This document shows, in pieces, positions 17,748 to 24,501 of a stretch of 24,501 nucleotides of DNA. Position 1 is the stretch's first letter. Each line of letters starts with the position of its first letter. Made by a program: the position numbers and the translations under genes. Location: the NCBI GenBank assembly GCA_963772455.1, contig CAVYXJ010000004.1:1-24501 (forward strand), written 5' to 3'. The notes under the pieces were generated by a model that saw only the letters and a program-made list of their open reading frames with translations, did no database searches and was not told the origin of the DNA. The DNA is from Candidatus Bathyarchaeota archaeon (lineage in GTDB: Archaea > Thermoproteota > Bathyarchaeia > Bathyarchaeales > Bathycorpusculaceae).

Positions 17748-18647
17748 GTGACTGAGCAACCAAAACCTGAATTGCCAAAATCCGAATCAAAAGAGCAGGA
17801 TAATTTCAAATTTGAAATAATCTATTTGGTTCCAATACTGGCAAGCCTTATCTTCGGTTTAGGCTGTGCTTATTTGCTTGCGCCTCAAGAAACAGGAGGC
17901 ATTCAGGCTGTACCAATTATTGGAGATTCACCTGAAGCGGCATTTGGGAATGGGCTTTACTTTGTAATATTAATAGCGTTAGCTGCTGCAGTCTTTTATG
18001 TCTTGATTAAACGAAAAAACAAACGTGTTATCAAAGGTTTAATTGTCCTTTCTATGACGACTGCTTCGTTGTTGCTGTCGGTTGTGTATTTGCTTGCGCT
18101 TTTTCCATATTTTGAGGGTGTTTATTATGTAATAGCTGCTGCAGCAATTGGAATAACTATTCTTTTTGATCTTGCTATCTTCCGTCTTGGAAGTACTGCT
18201 CGAAATGTCGTGGTCGTGTGTTTAGGAGGTGCTCTTGGGATTTTCTTTGCCAAATATGTTCCCTTGTCAAGTGCAATTGTACTTCTAATTTTCCTTGCTG
18301 TTTATGATGTCTTTGCGGTTTACAAAGGTCCAGTTGGCAAAATAGCGAATTCATCAAGCCTTGACATGCTTCAGGGTTTGAGTTTCTCTTTTAAGGACAT
18401 TCAAATGGGTTTGGGCGATTTGGTATTTTATTCAATGATGATGGGTGTTATGGTTTTTAGTTTCCCTCAAAGTATTCTGCCAACAATAACATCAGTAATC
18501 GGAATCTTGGCTGGCTCAATTATAACCTTTTTTGCGTTGGAAAAGAAAGGCATTTTTCCAGGTTTACCTTTCCCCATAATGTTGGGATTAGGCGCAGGAT
18601 TAATAACAGGATTGCTTTTGGGCTTGCCTTTACCTCTTTTTGGGTAG
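17748..18647 (+). CDS. Presenilin/signal-peptide-peptidase-like intramembrane aspartyl protease (A22)
   Basis: Multi-TM protein with catalytic AVYDVFAVY, GxGD motif MGLGDLVFY and PAL-equivalent FPGLPFP. Confidence 0.9.
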   Translation: MTEQPKPELPKSESKEQDNFKFEIIYLVPILASLIFGLGCAYLLAPQETGGIQAVPIIGDSPEAAFGNGLYFVILIALAAAVFYVLIKRKNKRVIKGLIVLSMTTASLLLSVVYLLALFPYFEGVYYVIAAAAIGITILFDLAIFRLGSTARNVVVVCLGGALGIFFAKYVPLSSAIVLLIFLAVYDVFAVYKGPVGKIANSSSLDMLQGLSFSFKDIQMGLGDLVFYSMMMGVMVFSFPQSILPTITSVIGILAGSIITFFALEKKGIFPGLPFPIMLGLGAGLITGLLLGLPLPLFG

Positions 18648-18738
18648 TTTTTGTGTTAGTTACAGGTTGGGTTTATTGTAAATGTTTAAAGCTTTCTTGA
18701 AGTTTTAACCAATAGGTGTTTTTACGGAAAAATCAAAA

Positions 18739-19554
18739 GTGGCAATTGTTAAGGGCGAGCGAGGGCTTGACCCAGTTTTTAAAGCTTTAGATTTGATTGA
18801 TTATCAATCCGCTCTTGCAGGATACAAGAAGGTTCTCATCAAAGTTAACTTCATAACTACTAAAACATGGGACAGTGGTGCCACAACTGATCCTATGGTA
18901 GTTGAAGCCCTGATTCAGCGAATACGGAAGCTTTCTGTAGAAGTCTTTGTTGTAGAATCAGATGCCACAATTACTAACGCGGATAAAGCCTTCAAAGCTA
19001 CGGGAATGAACGAAATGTGCAAGCAATATGACGTCGAATGTCTCAATTTGCGTCATGTGAAAGACAAAGTTAAAATCAAAATCCCAAACTGTGAATGCTT
19101 AAAGGAAATAACTGTACCGAGAATCGTGACTGAATCTGCAATAATAAGCGCAGCTAAAATGAAAACTCACATGGCAACCAAAGTAACGTTGGGCATGAAG
19201 AACATGTTTGGGCTGTTGCCGGATAAACTTAAAATGAAGTACCACGCCAAAGGAATTAGTGGTGTCATAGTTGACATAAACACCGTTTTGCATTCGAACT
19301 TAACAGTGATTGATGGTTTTATTGCTATGGAAGGCAAAGGTCCCACTGATGGTTCACCGGTAAAAATGGATCTGATAATTGCGGGAAAAGATCCTGTTGC
19401 TACTGATTCCACGGGGGCAAGAGTTATGGGAATTGACCCGCATGATATAAAGCATATTCGATTAGCTCATCAAAAAGGCTTAGGCAACATCGATAATATA
19501 GAAATCGTCGGCTCGCAACTTGACGATGTGAAAAGGGTATTTAAGACAAAATAA
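18739..19554 (+). CDS. DUF362 domain protein
   Basis: KVLIKVNF...GATTDP, IISAAKMKTH...VTLGMKNMFG, IDGFIAMEGKGPTDG and DPVATD motifs; no ferredoxin tail. True start may be 18724 (see findings). Confidence 0.88.
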   Translation: MAIVKGERGLDPVFKALDLIDYQSALAGYKKVLIKVNFITTKTWDSGATTDPMVVEALIQRIRKLSVEVFVVESDATITNADKAFKATGMNEMCKQYDVECLNLRHVKDKVKIKIPNCECLKEITVPRIVTESAIISAAKMKTHMATKVTLGMKNMFGLLPDKLKMKYHAKGISGVIVDINTVLHSNLTVIDGFIAMEGKGPTDGSPVKMDLIIAGKDPVATDSTGARVMGIDPHDIKHIRLAHQKGLGNIDNIEIVGSQLDDVKRVFKTK

Positions 19555-19660
19555 TTTAGTTGACAAGGTTGGCGATGTGGCAATCATATTCGACTAATTT
19601 GTACAAGGGTTTATTTTTTGAGAGGATTTAACCTAAGCATTTAAAGTAGAAGAATTCTGG

Positions 19661-19837
19661 CTATTCTTGGCCGTATCCGTGTTCTAGTTTGGCATGCGTT
19701 TTTTTATATTCATAATCGTGGTGTTCTTTTTGGTTGCCAAAGACACTTAGATGTTTATCTAGGTCCGATTGGTTAAGAAAAATACAGGCGCAATGAGGGC
19801 ACTTGTATAATTTGTTGTTGTTTGTTTCTTGCCCCAT
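19661..19837 (-). CDS. Small C2H2-like zinc-finger protein (58 aa), not in ORF track
   Basis: Manual translation: MGQETNNNKLYKCPHCACIFLNQSDLDKHLSVFGNQKEHHDYEYKKTHAKLEHGYGQE*. Contains Y-x-C-x2-C-x3-F-x5-L-x2-H. ATG lies 9 nt after the ileS stop on the same strand. Confidence 0.75.
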   Translation of the reverse strand: MGQETNNNKLYKCPHCACIFLNQSDLDKHLSVFGNQKEHHDYEYKKTHAKLEHGYGQE

Positions 19838-19846
19838 TTTTTTCGC

Positions 19847-22800
19847 CTAGTGGACGTTTATTTGTATTTTTTTTCCGTCGAGTTCTGATTCATGCCATTT
19901 TGCTTCAATTTCGTTGCATGCTACATGTAAATAGACTTTTCTGGCTCTGACTAATCCCGCCATCTCTAGCAAATATGGTTCTAAAAATCCCCTGCTCTCT
20001 GCATCTAACTCGGCAATGTGTACGGACTCCAGTGTTTCTGTCGGCACGAATCCCATTTCTTTACGTAAAGCTTGGACTCGTCGTGCTAAATCCCGCATTA
20101 TTCCTTCGCCCAACAATTTATCGTCTCGTTGCCCGCTCAAGCAAACTGTAATTGTGTCTTCTTGGCTTGTAACCCAATTTTCTCCTTGAACGTACCAGGA
20201 ACTGACACGGTGAATTCGGCGGACTTAACGTTGGTTTGTTCCAAGAACAGTGTTTCAAGGTTCTTTAGTGCTTGTAGAGTTTTTTCTGGAGCAACTACAA
20301 TTGCTTTTGCCAGTGGCCAGCGGCGCTTTAATTTGCCTTGTTGTCGTGCTGCATATGAAATTGAGACTACCTTTAGTAGAATGTCAAATTCTTCTTCCAA
20401 GTTTTTATTTATCATTTTTTGGTTTGGAGTTGGCCATGAAGCCAAATTGACTGATTCTGGTAAATCTTGCTCTATTTGTTTGTAGACTTTCTGGTAGAGT
20501 GCTTCGCTTAAATATGGTGTAATTGGGTTAAAGAGTAAAGTTACAGTTTTTAGGGTATGGTGTAGCAGTGCGTAGATGGTTTGGCGTCGTTCAAATGTTT
20601 CGGGTTCATCAGTCCAAAGTTCTTTGCGAATCATGGGCACGTAAAGTCTGCTTAATGTTTCAATGACAAAGTCATCCAAAACTGCGACTGCGCTGTTGAA
20701 TTCGCTTCTTTCAAGTTTGTTGGTGTATTCCTGGATTTTTTCTTGTAATTTAGACATGAGCCAAAGGTCAGCTGCTTGAAGTTTTTTATTCATAAAAGCC
20801 TGTTCTAAGGTGTATTTTTGTGGGTTGAATTCGTCAAAGGTGGCGTTTTGTAGGAAGAATCTGCTTAGATGATAGAGGGTTGAGAGGACTTGGTAGGGTC
20901 GGCGGCTAATTTCGGCTAAGTCAAAGCTCATGAAGTCGATTGGTGAGCATTTGCGTATCATGTAGAATCGGCAAAGGTCTGCGCTGCTTTTTTCGAGGAG
21001 TTTGTTGGTTTCGATTACGTTTCCAAGGCTTTTGCTCATTTTTCTGCCTTTTGAATCTTGCGTTAATCCTTGAAATAGAAATGCTTTGTAGGGTGCAACT
21101 GGTTTTCCGGTTAGAATAATGTATTCTCAACAGTAACGAGTTAGCCCAACCGCGAGTTTGATCTATGCCTTCGGTTAAGAAATCTGTTGGAACAAACTTT
21201 TCATATTCTTCATCCGTGAATCGAGCGTATGGTGAAGCTCCGCTGTTGTGCCAAGTGTCTAACACAAAGTCCTCTCTTCGCATAACTCCGCCGCATTTTT
21301 CACATTTTAAAGTGATTCGGTCAACCCAGGGCTTATGTAACTCAAAGTTTTCAGGGATTGGTTCTTGAGCATTTTCGATGAGTTCTTTTTTGCTCTCAAT
21401 TAGGCGTTTGTTTGAGCATTTCTCGCAGGTCCACATGGGTAAAGGTGTGCCCCAGATTCGTTCTCGGCTGATGCACCATGGTTTTCCTTCTTTTAAGAAA
21501 CCGAGAAAACGGTTTTTTGGCTCTTCAAAGAAATACTCAATTTTCTCTGCAGCCTCCAACACTTTGCTGTTGATTTTGTCGGTTCGCAAAAAGTATTCTT
21601 TTCTTGCTAACCAGACAAGTTTATGATGGGATCGCCAGCAAGTTGGATATTCATGTTTTATTTTTTTGACCATTACAAAGGCGTTGCGGTTGCGCAGTTC
21701 TTCGATAACTACGTGCATCTGCGTCTCGGGCAAATACGCCTGTGAAAATGCCTGCGTCGTTTGTAAATTTGACTTCATCATCAAATGGAACAAAAATGGG
21801 TACTCCTCTTCGGTTTGCAACCCAAAAATCGTCTTCGCCGTTGCCTGGTGAAAGATGAACTACGCCGGTGGCTGTGTTAACGTCGACAAAGTCTTCTGCT
21901 ACGACTTGTGGACTAGTGGGCGTTTGGTTCCTAGTTCCGCTTGTTTGGGAATTATGTCTTTAAATGGGTATTCGTATGCCATTCCTTCCAAGCTTTTGCC
22001 TGTAATTTCTTCGGTAATTTGGTAATTGGTGATTTCGAGTTCTGCCATGACGGCTTCGACGCGTTGGCGGACCATTATCCAGCTTTCTTGGTGGACTTGA
22101 ACTTTGACGTATTCAGCTTTTGGTTGAACAGCAAGCATTGTGTCGGTTATGATTGTGAAGGGCATGGTTGTCCAAACTAAGAAGAACTCGTTTTGTGATC
22201 CTGTTACTTTGAATTTGAAGTAGACTGAGGGGTCTTCGACTTCTTTGTAGCTTCCTTCGTAGCCGACTTCAGCGCTGCTAAGGCTGGTTTGGCATCCTGG
22301 GCAATAAGCTACAACATAGTGGCCTTCTTCAAGGAGGTTTTGTTCCCAGGCGCGTTTAAGGTAGAACCACTCGCGTTCGATGTAGCTGTCTTTGTAGGTC
22401 CAGTATGCTTTGTCTTGGTTAATTGCTATACCAAGGCGGCTGTCTGCATTATGCACATTTGGTGGTAGCGCATTATTGCTTTTTTGCATTCTTCGATGAA
22501 GCGTTCCATACCGAATTTTTGTATTGATTCCCGTTTGTTTCTGACCCCGAGGAGTTTTTCAACTTCAAGTTCCACGGGCAAACCTTGGCAGTCCCACCCT
22601 GCCCAAAAAGGAATATAGTAACCTTCCATTGTTTTCCAGCGGTAACGAATATCTTTCATGATTCGCCCCCGTGCATGGCCAATGTGGGGAATGCCATTGA
22701 GTGTTGGCGGAACCTCAACATAACCCAAAAAACCTTTAGCTGTCTTTTCCAGAAGCTCCATTTTGTTGCGAATATTATTTTTTATCCAGAATTCACGCAT

Positions 22801-22881
22801 TTCAGATTCGAGTTCAAGCGGAGAATAATTTGTAGGCAAGCTCTGGTTTAGGTCAGCTTCAGTTTGGGCAGTCAAATTCAT
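19847..22881 (-). pseudogene. ileS: Isoleucine--tRNA ligase, frameshifted as assembled (sequence error or recent pseudogene)
   Basis: Collinear fragments carry PPTLNGIPHIGH, GWDCQGLPVE, WTTMPFT, TGVVHLSPGNGEDD, WCISRERIWGTPLP, EGIDQTRGW, KMSKSLGN, anticodon-domain and EGIMRDLARRVQALRK motifs. Frameshifts at about 22454, 21906, 21713, 21127 and 20196; corrected ORF about 1011 aa. Confidence 0.9.
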
Positions 22882-22908
22882 TACCGTAACGCAAAATACA
22901 CATAAAGA

Positions 22909-22920
22909 CTATATAAAAGT
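22909..22920 (-). promoter_or_regulatory. Probable TATA box of ileS
   Basis: Minus strand reads ACTTTTATATAG about 28-39 nt upstream of ATG 22881, typical archaeal spacing for a short-leader transcript. Confidence 0.55.
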
Positions 22921-23136
22921 AAACGCGTCTCCCGAATAATAATTTCTAATAATATGCGTTCTCTTCTTGCAGAGGATGTCTCTAATTTCCTGTATCGACT
23001 TTTATATTCAGTTTATAGCCTTAATTGTAAAAATAAGAACTTGTAGCTGGATTATAAACGTCTAAAAAAGCTCTATTACTTATGCTTAATAACACGCTTA
23101 AATCTCAAAACGAGAATTAACTATATCGGTGATTTC

Positions 23137-23583
23137 TTGTCCTTAAAAGAGAACAAAGCGATTGTTCGCAGATTTATTGAAGCATACAATAATCGAAACA
23201 TGAACTACTTGAACTTAATAGACGATTTAGTTTCACCCGATTATATCGACCATTCCAACAAAGTAAATAGAGAAGGTCTCAAACAGTTATTTCTCATGGG
23301 TCTCAAAGCCTTCCCAGATTGGCATGAAAACATTGAAGATATCATAGCTGAAGGAGATAAGGTGTGGGTTCGCCTTTCTTATACTGGAACTCATAAAGGT
23401 GAATTTATGGGAATTTCTCCAACAGGAAAGAAAATAATGTCTAAAGCTGTTGATATCTATCGCATAGTTGATGGGAAACTCGCAGAATATTGGAACGTAA
23501 CAGACAACGTAAATATTTTCAAACAAGTTGGTGCTATTGAAGTCACAGAAAAAGGAAAGCACTTCTTCCCAGATGAAAGCTAG
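23137..23583 (+). CDS. SnoaL-like ester cyclase family protein (NTF2-like fold)
   Basis: ENKAIVRRFIEAYN, AFPDWHENIEDIIAEGDKVWVR, GTHKGEFMGISPTGK and YRIVDGKLAEYW motifs. GGTGAT SD-like site at 23128-23133 before the TTG. Confidence 0.92.
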   Translation: MSLKENKAIVRRFIEAYNNRNMNYLNLIDDLVSPDYIDHSNKVNREGLKQLFLMGLKAFPDWHENIEDIIAEGDKVWVRLSYTGTHKGEFMGISPTGKKIMSKAVDIYRIVDGKLAEYWNVTDNVNIFKQVGAIEVTEKGKHFFPDES

Positions 23584-23681
23584 ATAAACTGAATAAGACT
23601 ATCTTCAAAATAAAGCTTCTTTAGAAATTCGTTCGACACCGAAAGCTCTAAATTCTCTTAGCACCGTGTTTTTCCAGAAAA

Positions 23682-23756
23682 GGGCCGGTAGATCAGTTCG
23701 GTATGATCGCCGCGTTCGCAACGCGGAAGCCGCGGGTTCAAATCCCGCCCGGTCCA
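23682..23756 (+). tRNA. tRNA-Ala (anticodon CGC), intronless, CCA not encoded
   Basis: Acceptor GGGCCGG/CCGGTCC with G3.U70 and discriminator A; D-stem GATC/GATC; anticodon stem CCGCG/CGCGG with loop TT-CGC-AA (23717-23719); T-arm GCGGG-TTCAAAT-CCCGC; G at position 15. Confidence 0.96.
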
Positions 23757-23976
23757 CTTTCACCCCCACCTGCCTACCTACATCTCCTTTCCCGCCATTG
23801 TAGGGAAATAGGGGACTCTTGAGAAAATACTCCGATAGTGAGGAACAAACCTAAACGACACCTGCCTCGCACCCAAGACTCTGTTTTTGCCGAACACCTC
23901 TGTAAAAGTATAAAGAATAGTCAATTTGAGTTAATCTTATCAAGTGGATGCTATTACAATACTATTGGTAAGTTTC

Positions 23977-24492
23977 ATGAAAGTATACATGATACTGTCT
24001 TGTGATACAATTTCCTGCAAAATAGGCGCGAGAACCAAAATTTTGGATGAATTGATTAGAATGGGACTTTCCAAGAGAGATATACACTTGCTTCTTGGTC
24101 CTGCTGAAGTTCTTATTCAACTACATGGGCTAAAAGACCTTGATGAATTTATCCGTAAATGGTTTGACCCAATTAGAAAATTGGCTCCTTTGGATGCAAT
24201 GATTGATAAAACGGAAACTCTAATTGTAAACTCAGAAGGCAAATCTTACACTGAGGAGCCCTATGCTTTCCTATTCCTAAATAGACAACCAAGAAACTTG
24301 GAGATAGTCCAAGAAAAACTTCAAGGTATTCCTAAAGTTTTGTCAGCCGATACAGTCTTTGGACCTTACGATGTTATATGCGCAGTAAAGGCAAATGATA
24401 ACAATGACCTGCAACTACTAATTTCTCAAATACAAAAAGACATCCCTGAAGTTCAAGTGACATCAACCGCAATTGTAGCTTCACTCTACTAG
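23977..24492 (+). CDS. Tandem Lrp/AsnC ligand-binding (RAM) domain protein without HTH
   Basis: C-half YAFLFL...KLQGIPKVLSADTVFGPYDVICAV...IPEVQVTSTAIV is a clear AsnC C-terminal domain; N-half (KVYMIL...LLLGPAEVLIQL...IDKTETLIV) is a degenerate copy. ATG 23977 preferred over GTG 23944. Confidence 0.82.
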   Translation: MKVYMILSCDTISCKIGARTKILDELIRMGLSKRDIHLLLGPAEVLIQLHGLKDLDEFIRKWFDPIRKLAPLDAMIDKTETLIVNSEGKSYTEEPYAFLFLNRQPRNLEIVQEKLQGIPKVLSADTVFGPYDVICAVKANDNNDLQLLISQIQKDIPEVQVTSTAIVASLY

Positions 24493-24501
24493 GTAATAGG
24501 C

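Noticed and set aside
20196-22454. Programmed ribosomal frameshifting to express ileS
   Set aside because: Five shifts in mixed directions, no slippery heptamers at the junctions, and the combined efficiency would be negligible.
20129-22851. Several + strand ORFs (61-118 aa) opposite ileS
   Set aside because: Antisense shadows of a conserved gene with no recognisable motifs.
22911-23007. Inverted 10-mer ATATAAAAGT / ACTTTTATAT as MITE ends
   Set aside because: The left copy is the probable ileS TATA box; low complexity and no target-site duplication seen.
23682-23756. Intron-containing or recoding tRNA
   Set aside because: The cloverleaf is complete without an intron, and anticodon CGC agrees with the G3.U70 alanine identity element.
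23767-23867. 9-bp direct repeat CACCTGCCT after the tRNA as att site or mini-CRISPR
   Set aside because: Too short, only two copies, and it does not match the tRNA 3' end.
11112-23882. Shared intergenic 12-mer ACCCAAGACTCT at 11112-11123 and 23871-23882
   Set aside because: Short, not palindromic, flanks diverge; compatible with chance.

Overview
Archaeal chromosomal DNA, most likely TACK lineage (Bathyarchaeia-like by inference from gene content: archaeosine TGT lacking PUA, extended Lsm/SmAP3, PAC2 chaperone, presenilin-like protease, membrane-anchored wHTH and PQQ-propeller surface proteins). Left to right: the end of a secreted/pilin-like cluster (partial ORF, a ~1110-aa protein with a class III signal peptide, an A24 prepilin peptidase), pfkB-glmM-glmU, a PQQ-repeat surface protein and a membrane-tethered wHTH regulator, an RNA/protein-turnover block (Lsm, PAC2, tgtA, PHP, beta-CASP nuclease, presenilin-like protease, DUF362), a 58-aa zinc-finger-like ORF missing from the ORF track, an ileS broken by five single-base frameshifts, a SnoaL-like protein, tRNA-Ala(CGC) and a tandem Lrp/AsnC ligand-domain protein. 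No CRISPR array, transposase or integrase was seen. All family calls come from motif recognition by eye, not database searches.
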